Below are positions 18,034 through 27,870 of a stretch of DNA of 36,994 nt, piece after piece. Numbering within the stretch: the stretch's first letter is position 1; the number at the start of each line of letters is the position of its first letter. A model generated the notes under the pieces. The model had not been told where the DNA came from and ran no database searches. It was given only the letters and a program-made list of their open reading frames with translations. The DNA comes from a virus (taxonomy: Duplodnaviria > Caudoviricetes). Position numbers and translations under genes: made by a program. Where the stretch lies: positions 1 through 36,994 of IMG/VR virus record IMGVR_UViG_3300012943_000047; one strand, written 5' to 3'.

Positions 18034-18486
18034 ATGGCAGCAGATAAACAAAACATCGAAGACAAGAAGTATCTCGCGAAAATTCTATTCACTCGCGAAC
18101 ACTTAGATCAGAAAGTTGTTGCGGCTCGCGTCAATGTCACAGAGAAGACAATGAGCAGCTGGGTGAACGATGGTAATTGGAAAGAATTGCGCAAGCGATT
18201 ACTCATTACCAAGGAACAGGAACTCAGTAACCTATACGAGCAGCTGGAGGCGTTAAATACGATTATCAAATCCAGCGCAACAAAGCACGCCGATTCTAAG
18301 CAGTCAGATATTCAAATCAAACTCACCGCATCAATACGAAATCTGGAGAGCGATTTGGCTATTGCCGATTTGATTGAAAGCGGTATCCGCTTTATCAAGT
18401 ACGTGCAAAAGGTTGGCACGTTCGAGCAGGTAATGGAAATGTCGGATATGTGGAACAGCTTCATTCAGATGAGTATTAAAAAATGA
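18034..18486 (+). CDS. Terminase small subunit (Mu gp27/DUF1804-like)
   Basis: HTH QKVVAARVNVTEKTMSSWV..GNW; ATGA-coupled to TerL. Start re-assigned to MAADK. Confidence 0.8.
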   Translation: MAADKQNIEDKKYLAKILFTREHLDQKVVAARVNVTEKTMSSWVNDGNWKELRKRLLITKEQELSNLYEQLEALNTIIKSSATKHADSKQSDIQIKLTASIRNLESDLAIADLIESGIRFIKYVQKVGTFEQVMEMSDMWNSFIQMSIKK

Positions 18487-20024
18487 GAGAGAAGACAGAC
18501 AAGCAAGCCTTACTGTCATGGGATGAATTTTTGGAGCAAATCCGAAACAGCACACCTGTTGACATCAATGAAACGGAAAGCGAAAAGGCAAAGCGCATCG
18601 CTGTGCTCGAAGCTGATCCCGAAGCATGGTTTAAATACTACTTCCCAAAATACTCTTTTGCTGAGCCAGCAAAGTTTCACGAAAAGAGCACAAAGAAGTT
18701 TCTGAAAATGAAACGTGGTATTCACCGGCGAGCTTGGGCACGGGGTACGGCCAAATCAACACGCCGTATGTTCGAACATTTTTATAAATCATTCGCGCAG
18801 AAGTTTCCAACCAATATGCTCATGGTCAGTAAAACGGAAGGCAATGCCATTCGCCTGCTTGCACCATACAAAGCAAACTTAGAGGCCAATCAAAGACTTA
18901 TCAATGACTATGGCACTCAGGAGCGCATTGGTAGCTGGAAGGAGGAAGAATTTACAACCAGAACGAAGAAGACTTTCCGGGCTGTTGGTGCTGAACAAAA
19001 CCCCAGAGGTAGCAAGCTCGAAGAACTTCGTGTAAACATTATCGACTTCGATGATATTGACGATGATGAGGTTTGCCGCAATGCAGATCGTGTTGATCAA
19101 CGTTTCAAATGGTGTCAGGAAGCCGTTCTTCCTACAGTGGATATTAGTAAGGATTATGTGATCAGCGTGGATAACAACGTCATCGCTGAAGATTGCATTT
19201 CGCTACGCTTCAAGGAATACGCCACCATCGATGAAACGGTAAACATCCGTGACGAATATGGCAAAAGCACATGGCCGTCCAAAAATTCCGAAAAGGATAT
19301 TGATGATGCCCTTGGCTTGCTCAGTTACGAATCAGGACAGAAGGAGTATTTCAATAACCCGATCAGCCGGGGAAAAGTGTTTACCGAAATGATATACGGT
19401 AAATGTCCTCCGTTGAAGGATTTGCCATTTGTTATCATATATGCCGATCCTTCACCTTCCAACAAAGACAAACCCGCTTTAAAATCCAAAGCAACCAACA
19501 GTTGCAAGGCCGTGTCAATCATCGGTTATAAGGATTTAAAATTTTACCTGTACAAGTGTTTTGTTGACATCACAACCAACAGCACATTCATTCAATGGTT
19601 GTACGAATGCCGCGATTATGTAAAGGGGCAAACGCAAGTGTATGTCTACATTGAAAACAATACACTGCAAGACCCTTTTTATCAGCAGGTTCTTTTGCCT
19701 TTGATCTATCAGGAAGGCGAGCAACGCAAGGACATGCTCGGTATCACTCCAGACGATCGCGTGAAGCCGGATAAGTATTTCCGCATTGAGGGATCACTTG
19801 AACCGCTCAACCGGCTTGGCCATATGATTTTGAACGAGGCCGAAAAGGAGAATCCTCACATGAAAAGGATGGAGACACAATTCAAGTCCGTTTCTCCAAA
19901 CAGCAAAACAATGGACGGCCCCGACTCCGTGGAAGGCGGTGTTTACATCGCAAAGAATAAAATCATGACCACCGGTGGTTCAATTTATAGCATCAAGCGC
20001 AAGCCAAACCCTAAAAGATTTTAA
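18483..20024 (+). CDS. Terminase large subunit (Mu gp28-like)
   Basis: Walker A variant WARGTAKST, Walker B IIDFDDID, nuclease motifs YADPS and DGPDSVEG. Confidence 0.9.
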   Translation: MREKTDKQALLSWDEFLEQIRNSTPVDINETESEKAKRIAVLEADPEAWFKYYFPKYSFAEPAKFHEKSTKKFLKMKRGIHRRAWARGTAKSTRRMFEHFYKSFAQKFPTNMLMVSKTEGNAIRLLAPYKANLEANQRLINDYGTQERIGSWKEEEFTTRTKKTFRAVGAEQNPRGSKLEELRVNIIDFDDIDDDEVCRNADRVDQRFKWCQEAVLPTVDISKDYVISVDNNVIAEDCISLRFKEYATIDETVNIRDEYGKSTWPSKNSEKDIDDALGLLSYESGQKEYFNNPISRGKVFTEMIYGKCPPLKDLPFVIIYADPSPSNKDKPALKSKATNSCKAVSIIGYKDLKFYLYKCFVDITTNSTFIQWLYECRDYVKGQTQVYVYIENNTLQDPFYQQVLLPLIYQEGEQRKDMLGITPDDRVKPDKYFRIEGSLEPLNRLGHMILNEAEKENPHMKRMETQFKSVSPNSKTMDGPDSVEGGVYIAKNKIMTTGGSIYSIKRKPNPKRF

Positions 20025-20026
20025 AC

Positions 20027-20464
20027 ATGGCATTTTTAACCAAGGACGATTTCGACACACACCTGTATGCAGAGGTAATTGATTCAATCACTCGAGAGCA
20101 GGATACCATTGTTGAGCGCGGTATAAGCTCAGCGATCAGTGAGGCTCAGGGATATTTAAGCCGTTTCGATTTGGCGGCATTGTTTGGTGACGATACCGAC
20201 GACCCAACGGTTGAAGACGAGCATCTGAAAGATGTGGTGAAAGATATTGCTTGCTGGAAAATGATAAAGCTGGCAAATCCCAACGTAGACCTCAAGCTCT
20301 TCAGAACCATTTATGAAGACGCTGTGAAGTACTTGGAAAAAGTGCAGAAAGGTCAGGTTGATCCGAAAGGATGGCCATACAAGCCAGACGATCCGGCCAC
20401 GCCCGGAAATGAAAACAATACGGTGCAATGGAGTAGCAACAAAAAACGCAGACAACATTTTTAA
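20027..20464 (+). CDS. Mu gp36-like head-tail connector (DUF1320)
   Basis: FLTKDDF...AISEAQGYL.RFD...DIACW...YEDAVKYLEKV. Confidence 0.8.
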   Translation: MAFLTKDDFDTHLYAEVIDSITREQDTIVERGISSAISEAQGYLSRFDLAALFGDDTDDPTVEDEHLKDVVKDIACWKMIKLANPNVDLKLFRTIYEDAVKYLEKVQKGQVDPKGWPYKPDDPATPGNENNTVQWSSNKKRRQHF

Positions 20465-20467
20465 TCT

Positions 20468-21823
20468 ATGTCAAAGAGAAAGAAAATCCGGGTGAAGGGC
20501 AGAGCCATCACCAAAGAAACCGCTTCCAACGCGAAGGTCATTGTTCAGGAGTTGAATGTGATTAGTGCCAATAGGCATTACAAAGATGTTGGCGAATACA
20601 GAATTTCCCTGGATTCAGCAGAGCGGCCACACTATCCAAACCGTACACGGCTTTATGATCTGTATGATGATGTTGTACTTGATGGACAGGTGAGTGGATG
20701 CATTGACAAACGCATTGATGCCATTTTGAATAAAACTCTAATCTTTCAAAATTCTGCGAAGAAGCACGTTGATGAAATGGATGAAGTGATTGGAAGCAAC
20801 AACTTCCGCAAGCTTATTCGACAGATCATCTTAAGCAAACTGTGGGGCATTTCCGGGCTTGAGTTTGTGCCCGGTGCTGAAATTGAATTTTTGGAAATTC
20901 CACGTAAGCATATAAAACCGGAAATAAAGGTCATTACCAAAGAGCAATCAGATTACGAAGGAATTCCATACGAAGGAATTTCAAACGTCTGGGTGATTGG
21001 TGAAGACAAAGACCTTGGTTTATTGCTGAAGGCTTCGCTCTATGCTCTATACAAGCGTGGCACGTTGGGCGATTACGCTCAGTACATTGAAATATTCGGT
21101 CAGCCCGTTCGCATCGTGTATTATGATGCGTATGACACCAAGACGAAGGACGAATTAAGGAAAACACTGGATGAAAGCGGAAGCTCACTCGCCATGATGA
21201 TCCCGAAACAGGCACAGTTTGAAATGAAGGATGGCAAGCAGAGCAATGGCGATGGCAACCTTCAATTCAAATTCCTGTCATACCTCGATGATCAGGTCAG
21301 CATTGTCATTCTCGGCAATACCGAAACAACGCAGGCCAGCGCAAGCAGTGGCTATGCGCAAAGCAAAGAACATGGCAAGCAACAATTACAAATCACGAAG
21401 AGCGATCTGAAGTTTGTTGAAAACCTTCTCAACTCAAAGAAGTTCATGGCCATATTAAAGAGCTATGGACTAAACGTTGAGGGTGGTCGCTTTGCCTACG
21501 AAAAAGAAATTGATCTTACCGAACTGAGAGCCAAAGCTGAAGTTGATAAGATCGTAATTGAAACGTATAAGGTTCCTGTGAGTGATGACTACGTGTATAA
21601 AACGTTTGGCATCGAAAAGCCTGAGAATTACGATGAGCTAAAAGCCAAACAGGAAGCCGATAAATTGGCCTTGCAACAGCAAAAAGAAGATCCCGCTCCA
21701 GAGCCGCCAGCACCCAAGGACAAAAAGGCAAAACCGGCTAAACCGAAGAGTGACAAACTGAGTGATAACTATTGGCAAAAGTTGCGCACAACCATCGCTG
21801 ATTTTTTCGACCCAGCCCCGTAA
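20468..21823 (+). CDS. Portal protein (Mu gp29/DUF935)
   Basis: LYDLYDDVVLD, DLGLLLKA, EIFGQPVR and ILGNTETT...SGYAQSKEH. Confidence 0.88.
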   Translation: MSKRKKIRVKGRAITKETASNAKVIVQELNVISANRHYKDVGEYRISLDSAERPHYPNRTRLYDLYDDVVLDGQVSGCIDKRIDAILNKTLIFQNSAKKHVDEMDEVIGSNNFRKLIRQIILSKLWGISGLEFVPGAEIEFLEIPRKHIKPEIKVITKEQSDYEGIPYEGISNVWVIGEDKDLGLLLKASLYALYKRGTLGDYAQYIEIFGQPVRIVYYDAYDTKTKDELRKTLDESGSSLAMMIPKQAQFEMKDGKQSNGDGNLQFKFLSYLDDQVSIVILGNTETTQASASSGYAQSKEHGKQQLQITKSDLKFVENLLNSKKFMAILKSYGLNVEGGRFAYEKEIDLTELRAKAEVDKIVIETYKVPVSDDYVYKTFGIEKPENYDELKAKQEADKLALQQQKEDPAPEPPAPKDKKAKPAKPKSDKLSDNYWQKLRTTIADFFDPAP

Positions 21824-21861
21824 CGATCAGTAGAAAGTTATCGGGGCTGAGCGGCATTGCC

Positions 21862-22677
21862 TTGGAGGAAATGAACAATCAGTTGGAAGACCTTTACAAA
21901 GGTTGCTGTGATCATGAGCATGGCGAGGTAAATCTTGCTGACGATGGCATTGATGATGCATTGCGTTTATTGCTTATCGAGCTTTACCATACTTCAGGCA
22001 CAGACGGTACACTCAATCAGGTCATCACAAAATATTTCGCCGATAAGTTGTGGAAGGGAGTTACTGAAGGGTTTGGTTCTGATATTGGTTCGCTTGATTA
22101 TGACACGCCCGATTATAACATGCTCACCAAACTGAAAGAAAACGTATGGCATTTCAGCGCGGCAAAGAACTACGCCCAGCTGCGGGAGTTGAGTGATGCG
22201 CTGTTGGATGGTGAAGGTCAGTTAAGAACTTTTGAGCAGTTCCTGGACGCTGCAAAACCGATCAATGAGAGGTACATGAAGACGTGGCTCAAGACGGAGT
22301 ATGAGCTCGCTGTTGCCGGAGGTCAGATGGCCGGTAAATGGATTGACATTGAAAAGAATGCCGAAACCTTCCCGCTCATTCAGTTCGATGTAGTAATGGA
22401 CAATCGCACTTCAGACATTTGCAGGCCGCTTGATCGTGTCATCGTTCCTATTGATCACCCGATGGTAAAACGTTTCTATCCTCCTAATCATTTCGGTTGT
22501 AGAACTACAGTGCGACAATTGAGGACTGGCAAGATCACGCCGGACGATAAAATTATCACGCCTGAAATTCCGGCCATGTTCCGCACAAACCTTGGTCAGC
22601 GCGGTCTTATTTTCCCTCCGGGCCACGCATACTTTGAAGGTCTGCCGGATTCGGTAAAAGATTCATTCAAACCATAA
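21862..22677 (+). CDS. Mu gpF-like minor head morphogenesis protein
   Basis: WLKTEY, DNRTSDICRPLD and YPPNHFGCRTTV motifs; start could be ATG 21871. Confidence 0.88.
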   Translation: MEEMNNQLEDLYKGCCDHEHGEVNLADDGIDDALRLLLIELYHTSGTDGTLNQVITKYFADKLWKGVTEGFGSDIGSLDYDTPDYNMLTKLKENVWHFSAAKNYAQLRELSDALLDGEGQLRTFEQFLDAAKPINERYMKTWLKTEYELAVAGGQMAGKWIDIEKNAETFPLIQFDVVMDNRTSDICRPLDRVIVPIDHPMVKRFYPPNHFGCRTTVRQLRTGKITPDDKIITPEIPAMFRTNLGQRGLIFPPGHAYFEGLPDSVKDSFKP

Positions 22678-23181
22678 ATGGAAATCCATCAGGCCATATT
22701 AGAAGTTGAACGAAAGTTCCGCAGTGTGTTTGCTCGGCTTCCGGTTATCGTCGGCAATGAGGCTGTAAACTTCACGCTGGACAATTTCCGCATGCAAGGC
22801 TTCATGGGCAACACCTTTCAGCGATGGTTACCACGGAAGCAATCTTGGGGTAATAAAAAGTTTGGAGGAAAAAACATTCTCATTGGTGTAGGCAGGTTGA
22901 GAAGGTCAATCCGAATCACGCACGTTTCTGCAAATATGGTAGCCATTGGTTCAGATGTGAAGTACGCAAGGGCACACAACGAAGGTTTGCGGCTTGGTGT
23001 AATTCAAACCGTGAAGGGTTTTACAAGAAGAAACGGAACGACTGTGTCAGGCCATCAACGAAGAATCGACATGCGCATTCCTCAACGCCGGTTTATGGGG
23101 CCAAGTCCATACCTCAATGCGAGGTTAAAGCGCGTGGCTTTGGCTGAGTTTATGAAAGAAAACAAATTTATAAGACCATGA
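22678..23181 (+). CDS. Mu gpG-like virion morphogenesis protein
   Basis: LIGVGRLRRSI, YARAHNEG and IPQRRFMG motifs. Confidence 0.88.
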   Translation: MEIHQAILEVERKFRSVFARLPVIVGNEAVNFTLDNFRMQGFMGNTFQRWLPRKQSWGNKKFGGKNILIGVGRLRRSIRITHVSANMVAIGSDVKYARAHNEGLRLGVIQTVKGFTRRNGTTVSGHQRRIDMRIPQRRFMGPSPYLNARLKRVALAEFMKENKFIRP

Positions 23182-23453
23182 AATTCAAAATAGTCCCTGA
23201 AAGCGAGAACTTAAACAAGCTCTATTTTCATTGCCCAGGATGTCAGTGTGATCATGCTATAGATTACCGTTGGGAATTCAACGGCAGCATGACAAAGCCA
23301 ACGGTATCACCATCAATCGTTGTTCACCATACAAAACGTGGCAAAGACATTGTGTGCCATTCTTATGTCATAGGCGGATTTATTCAGTTCTTGACAGACT
23401 CAACCCATGAGCTCGCTGGTCAAACTGTCGAACTTCCCGATTACGATGATTGA
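23178..23453 (+). CDS. Small Cys/His (putative Zn-binding) protein, DUF6527-like
   Basis: FHCPGC..DH...WEFNG...PTVSPSI...CHS.V..G.IQFL.DSTH.LAGQTV.LP. Confidence 0.7.
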   Translation: MKFKIVPESENLNKLYFHCPGCQCDHAIDYRWEFNGSMTKPTVSPSIVVHHTKRGKDIVCHSYVIGGFIQFLTDSTHELAGQTVELPDYDD

Positions 23454-23486
23454 TCCTATTCCCTTAAATCTTAAACCAAAAACTCA

Positions 23487-24029
23487 ATGGCAACAAATTC
23501 ATACTTCGGTCAGCTATTCATCGACCTTTCAAAGCACATCAAGGATAAAGTTCCAGCAATAAAATGGATCGATCAGGATTTTGGACAGCTTGAACAATTC
23601 GAGTATCGTCCGGCTGTAAGCTTTCCTTGCGTGCTGATTGACTTCCCAATGGCCAATTACACCAACATCGCGGAGCTTTCACAAATGGGAGATATTACCG
23701 TGCAACTTCGCCTGGGCTTTGCACCGTTTTCAAAATCACACGTTGGGGCTCCTGATGATGTTAGAGATAAGGCAATTGAGTACTATGCCATTGAGCAGCT
23801 GGTACATGAGGCAGTGCAGGGTTTTCAAACAGATTACACAATGCCTTTAATGCGTTTCAATGCTGGTACTGAGCAACGTTTAAGTGCCAGCGATCAGGCC
23901 GACAGTATAGGCTTGCGTGTGCGTGTAATCAATTATGCAACACAATACGAAGACAACAGCAATTTGCCGGCGTACATCAAACGTGCAGCGACTTTGGAAG
24001 TTGAAACCGAAATCAACATTCCTGAATAG
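23487..24029 (+). CDS. Mu gp37-like tail terminator/completion protein
   Basis: IKWIDQDFGQLE...PAVSFPCVLIDF; last gene of the packaging block. Confidence 0.7.
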   Translation: MATNSYFGQLFIDLSKHIKDKVPAIKWIDQDFGQLEQFEYRPAVSFPCVLIDFPMANYTNIAELSQMGDITVQLRLGFAPFSKSHVGAPDDVRDKAIEYYAIEQLVHEAVQGFQTDYTMPLMRFNAGTEQRLSASDQADSIGLRVRVINYATQYEDNSNLPAYIKRAATLEVETEINIPE

Positions 24030-24051
24030 GATTGTATTGAAATGGGGGAAC

Positions 24052-24375
24052 CTATGGCCACACCAAGTGCGGCCATTTTTTTTTGAAGAAATCGCGAGTG
24101 GGTTGTTGAGCCTTCAGGGAAAGTAGAAGCTCGTAATTCTCAGAAATGCGTTTCTGAATGGTGAACTCTTCAATGAAGAACTCGCTTTGAAGTTCGCTTA
24201 ATATGCTGTCGTAGCGTTTTTCTCCAAACTTGCCGTGGTAGTAATAACGGGCTATAAGGCATTCGTTACGTTGACCAATAAGTTCTTCAGATCGTCCTTG
24301 GCGTTGCACGGTAAGCTCCGGAGGTGTCAGAAACACATCTGCAAATAGCTTTTGTTGTCCTCGTACTTCGCTCAT
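24052..24375 (-). CDS. Putative late transcription activator (Mor/C-equivalent position)
   Basis: Last gene of the early/middle block; helical RNECLIARYYY...ILSELQSEFFIEEFTIQKRI. Function inferred from position. Confidence 0.5.
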   Translation of the reverse strand: MSEVRGQQKLFADVFLTPPELTVQRQGRSEELIGQRNECLIARYYYHGKFGEKRYDSILSELQSEFFIEEFTIQKRISENYELLLSLKAQQPTRDFFKKKWPHLVWP

Positions 24376-24432
24376 AGCACAAATAACGAAATTTTGTGAG
24401 AGAAGGTGGTTGAGTTATGAAAAAAAGCTATT

Positions 24433-24780
24433 CTACTTTCTTATTTTATCAAGCTTTGAACTCCTGATTTGATCCCAATTCTCAAGTGTCTTTTTAGGAA
24501 AGCTTAATACTTCAGTTGATGCATTATTGGTTTCGTTAATGTATTTCTGCTCATGTCTGGCATAATACGCAACAGTTTTGTGTACAAATGAATACCACTT
24601 TTCTCCATCGTATTTGTCGGCAAAATCATTTTTGATTCTTTCCGATATTTCGAGGGCTTCCAAAAGACCCCTCAGCTGAATCAATTTCAATTCTGCTTTG
24701 ATCAAATTTTTGGCTGTATCTATAAAGTAAAGGAGCCTAATCCCCAAAAAAACAGTCTTTGTTTGTTCATCCAATTTCAT
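24433..24780 (-). CDS. Hypothetical protein (AT-rich)
   Basis: 115-aa ORF, TTG start; start uncertain. Confidence 0.55.
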   Translation of the reverse strand: MKLDEQTKTVFLGIRLLYFIDTAKNLIKAELKLIQLRGLLEALEISERIKNDFADKYDGEKWYSFVHKTVAYYARHEQKYINETNNASTEVLSFPKKTLENWDQIRSSKLDKIRK

Positions 24781-24786
24781 GTTTCC

Positions 24787-25206
24787 TTAGGAACGAACGG
24801 TTATTACCCACTCACTACCGCTTTTAAAGAACACAAATCGCTTATTCTTTTCGGGCCACATCACAACTTCCTGTTGAATGTTTTTGATCTTCTCCGTGGC
24901 CATTGGCTGCACATACTGTTTCCAGAAGATCAGCATTTGGTCAAATGATCCGCTAATCTGGTTGAACTCGTAAAAGCCATCGCCTTTAAAAAATCGAACA
25001 TAGATCACCTTATTGTCAGCAACATATTGAAGATACACCGTTTTGTATTTCGCTACGGCTGTGTCAGCCCTCTCCAGCCGGTAGCCGCTCACGGATTTGC
25101 TGACAAGCGCGGTTACGTCCTTCAAGGATTTAACCTGCGTAGGCATTGAAACCTGCGCACTCACTATTTGTGCGAAAAGAAGGAGGAATAATGTTGTGAT
25201 TTTCAT
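24787..25206 (-). CDS. Secreted/periplasmic hypothetical protein
   Basis: Signal peptide MKITTLFLLLFAQIVSA-Q. Confidence 0.7.
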   Translation of the reverse strand: MKITTLFLLLFAQIVSAQVSMPTQVKSLKDVTALVSKSVSGYRLERADTAVAKYKTVYLQYVADNKVIYVRFFKGDGFYEFNQISGSFDQMLIFWKQYVQPMATEKIKNIQQEVVMWPEKNKRFVFFKSGSEWVITVRS

Positions 25207-25246
25207 AGTGTCAGTAAATTTAATTGAAATATCTCAAACACCATTG

Positions 25247-25357
25247 TCATTGAAGTAAAACCAAAATGAGACAAATGAATGCCCCGGCAATCATGCCCCC
25301 AAGGAAAGCCTCAAGCATTTCCTCGCGTTCGTAGACTTTCTTTCTGTTTATTTTCAT
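25247..25357 (-). CDS. 36-aa single-TM protein (not in ORF track)
   Basis: MKINRKKVYEREEMLEAFLGGMIAGAFICLILVLLQ; starts 2 nt after the upstream stop. Confidence 0.55.
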   Translation of the reverse strand: MKINRKKVYEREEMLEAFLGGMIAGAFICLILVLLQ

Positions 25358-25359
25358 AA

Positions 25360-25638
25360 TCACATTTTTTTTATTGATGCCATACGGTGTCTACGTCTCA
25401 TTGCGCTGATCATATTCTTCAGGGCTACATCAGCTTCCTTCATGTGCTTAAACTTCTTTTCGCATTTGTCGGTGCATACATGTAGTTCCATCGTTGCACC
25501 TGCCGCGATCTGGATAGATACATAAAGGAAGTTGGCACGTTCATGTTCGGTCACGTGCGAGTTGCCACAGATCATGCAGGTTAATTTCTGTCCTTCACCT
25601 TCGTCTACTTTCAAAAATGTTAAGTCGTTTGCTTTCAT
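25360..25638 (-). CDS. Hypothetical protein, putative Zn-ribbon
   Basis: CMICG ... HVCTDKC; TAATG-coupled to the upstream gene. Confidence 0.65.
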   Translation of the reverse strand: MKANDLTFLKVDEGEGQKLTCMICGNSHVTEHERANFLYVSIQIAAGATMELHVCTDKCEKKFKHMKEADVALKNMISAMRRRHRMASIKKM

Positions 25639-26060
25639 TATTTCAATTGGTTTTTATAAACTTCTTCAAACTGTGTTACCAGCATAGGCAATTCGTTGTA
25701 ATCGTAATCGTCCAGCTTCTTTTTTTTGTGGCCGTACTGTAAACACCAATTGTTCACATGCTCCATGTCCACCTTCTTCACGTCCGGGTTGCCAATGGGC
25801 GATTTGAGTAACTTCGTCCAGCCAAGCTCATGGGCAATGCTCAAAATCTTATTGCGCATTTTAGTGGCACGTTTGTCCGTTTCGTCAAGGCTCTTTAAGT
25901 GGCCGATAAGGGCAGCAGCTTCGCCCTTAGTCATCTTGCTGCTGTGCGTTGTTCTTCCTGCGGTAAAGGCTTGCACAATGCTGTCCTTTTCATCCTTCAG
26001 GTTGTTGTCATTCAGCAATGCGTGAATGGCTCGTAGTTGGTTGGATTGTATCCAATTCAT
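25638..26060 (-). CDS. Mu GemA/gp16-like protein
   Basis: QLRAIHALL...TAGRTTHSSKMTKGEAAALIGHL resembles the GemA/DUF1018 N-terminus. Confidence 0.65.
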   Translation of the reverse strand: MNWIQSNQLRAIHALLNDNNLKDEKDSIVQAFTAGRTTHSSKMTKGEAAALIGHLKSLDETDKRATKMRNKILSIAHELGWTKLLKSPIGNPDVKKVDMEHVNNWCLQYGHKKKKLDDYDYNELPMLVTQFEEVYKNQLK

Positions 26061-26314
26061 CGTTTATCCTGTTTCATTAAGTTCTTTGCTACATCGATCA
26101 ATTTTAGTTTCGCCTCTTCAAATACTCCAACTACATCAGTTTTGATTTTGTCAACATACTCACCGTTGATTTCAATTTGTTGCACCGGATTACTTGAGCT
26201 TTTAAAAATTACTGCGTCAAATTCAGTGCTGAGCATCATTTTGATTAGTTCTTCAATTTTGAGCGTTTCTTTATCGATTGCCCGAATCCTTTCAATTTTT
26301 TCTTCCGTTGTCAT
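26057..26314 (-). CDS. Hypothetical protein
   Basis: 85-aa ORF, ATGA-coupled at both ends. Confidence 0.65.
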   Translation of the reverse strand: MTTEEKIERIRAIDKETLKIEELIKMMLSTEFDAVIFKSSSNPVQQIEINGEYVDKIKTDVVGVFEEAKLKLIDVAKNLMKQDKR

Positions 26315-26466
26315 AATTCAAGTTTGGTTTGTGATCGTTTCAAAATCTTCCTGTTTCTGCGCTTCATTTTTTCCAGCAGGTTATATTTAGCAATTGCCCT
26401 CTTTTGCTCGCTGCTGAAAATGAAAGGCGTTTTAATAATCCGTTTCAATAGCTCGATTGATTTCAT
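26311..26466 (-). CDS. 51-aa basic protein (not in ORF track)
   Basis: MKSIELLKRIIKTPFIFSSEQKRAIAKYNLLEKMKRRNRKILKRSQTKLEL; fills the gap and is ATGA-coupled downstream. Confidence 0.55.
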   Translation of the reverse strand: MKSIELLKRIIKTPFIFSSEQKRAIAKYNLLEKMKRRNRKILKRSQTKLEL

Positions 26467-26469
26467 GGC

Positions 26470-26910
26470 TCAATTTTTATAATCGTTGTTCCAGTATTTG
26501 TTGCGTAAGTATGTGTCAGGATCGGACTTCGTCTTCCAAGGGTTCAGGCTCAAATGGCGCTCATACTGTCCAAGCTTGAAATATGCATTTGTGCGATCAG
26601 CTTCACTGAGTTTTGCCCAAAGCTTCTCGCACCGTTCGCGGTTCCGTTTTAGATTGTAGCGTGTCCAAAATTGTTCGAATGAAACAAAGTAACCTTCCTC
26701 TGCAATGTTCAGTTTGCTTACACCGAAGAATGTCAATAACGTTTCACTGTTTTCTGGTTCAAGCGTCACCGGCAAGCGATCTTTGAAGTAGCTCATCTGC
26801 GTATCACTCAATTCGCATTTCAGAAAATCGATGTACATTAATTTCCCTTCGCCATATAGCACATTGATCTCTCCGGCAAATGATGGTGATGTAATGTTGT
26901 ACCGTTTCAT
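26470..26910 (-). CDS. Hypothetical protein with phage replication-protein-like C-terminal domain
   Basis: FEQFWTRY...KLWAKLS...PDTYLRNKYWNND. Confidence 0.65.
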   Translation of the reverse strand: MKRYNITSPSFAGEINVLYGEGKLMYIDFLKCELSDTQMSYFKDRLPVTLEPENSETLLTFFGVSKLNIAEEGYFVSFEQFWTRYNLKRNRERCEKLWAKLSEADRTNAYFKLGQYERHLSLNPWKTKSDPDTYLRNKYWNNDYKN

Positions 26911-27614
26911 CCTATCGTTACATTTTCGTTCATGATTGCTTGTATTGCCATTCTTGGAAGTGCGCTTACATAACTCTTCGTTACCTTTTTATACTTAGCT
27001 CCCCAATACTGTTTTGCCAGTTCTTCGTTAATGATGTACGGGTTGTGGCCTCCATATCTACTCTTCACAAATGCAATGAATCCCTCAACACGAACTTTAA
27101 TTCCGCAGTCGTACATGATATCCTTGGCAACTTTGCCGGATGGTAATTTCCCGTCAGCGTGGCTTATGAAGATGAATGTCTTTCGCTTGAACATTTCCTT
27201 TAGTCGTTTGTATTGTTCGTATGTGATGTTCCAGTACTGTAAACTGTCGATCACAATGAAGCGTGGGGATTTCTTTTTTTTTAGCTTTATGATTAGCTGA
27301 TCATAAGTCATTTCAGAATCGGCAAATTGAATTTTCCCCGAATGTTGATCGCTGTTGAGGTTTCTGTTTGCGAGAATTTGCATTGTAGATTCAAATCCTT
27401 CCTCAAGTCCAACATACAGCACATTACCGTATGGCATGAGGGGTGGTAAAAATTGCATCAGAAAATTGCTCTTTCCGTTGGCACTCAAACCCCACACAAT
27501 CATTGTGAAGTTTGAAGTCAGCCTTCCGAAGCTCAGTGATATTTTATCTGGCAATTCATCAAGAAAATCATACGTCTTTGCCAGTAGTTGTTTCAGTCCG
27601 AGTACTCGTGCCAT
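26907..27614 (-). CDS. RecA/KaiC-like P-loop ATPase
   Basis: Walker A GLSANGKS, VLYVGLEEG, Walker B FIVIDSLQY, FIFISH. Confidence 0.85.
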   Translation of the reverse strand: MARVLGLKQLLAKTYDFLDELPDKISLSFGRLTSNFTMIVWGLSANGKSNFLMQFLPPLMPYGNVLYVGLEEGFESTMQILANRNLNSDQHSGKIQFADSEMTYDQLIIKLKKKKSPRFIVIDSLQYWNITYEQYKRLKEMFKRKTFIFISHADGKLPSGKVAKDIMYDCGIKVRVEGFIAFVKSRYGGHNPYIINEELAKQYWGAKYKKVTKSYVSALPRMAIQAIMNENVTIG

Positions 27615-27870
27615 CAGGTAGGTTAGGGTTGGGTTGTGGGTTTTCTTTATCTTCTTGCTTCACAAGAATGGACAGTTGCATATCAACGTCCATTTCATAT
27701 TTCGTACAAAGAATTATTGCTTCTTCGTCAAGTGGCTTTTTTAGAAGTTCAAATTGAGCCTCACGCATTAGCCAAACACTTTCAATAAAATACTTAACTG
27801 CATCCAGCATTTCTTTATCAAGCATCACGTGCGTTTTCGATGGCTCAACGTTTCCAGTCATGCTAACCAT
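27568..27870 (-). CDS. Hypothetical protein
   Basis: Likely start MVSMTG at 27870, overlapping the ASCH stop; the longer 27981 start overlaps ASCH by >100 nt. Confidence 0.55.
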   Translation of the reverse strand: MVSMTGNVEPSKTHVMLDKEMLDAVKYFIESVWLMREAQFELLKKPLDEEAIILCTKYEMDVDMQLSILVKQEDKENPQPNPNLPDGTSTRTETTTGKDV

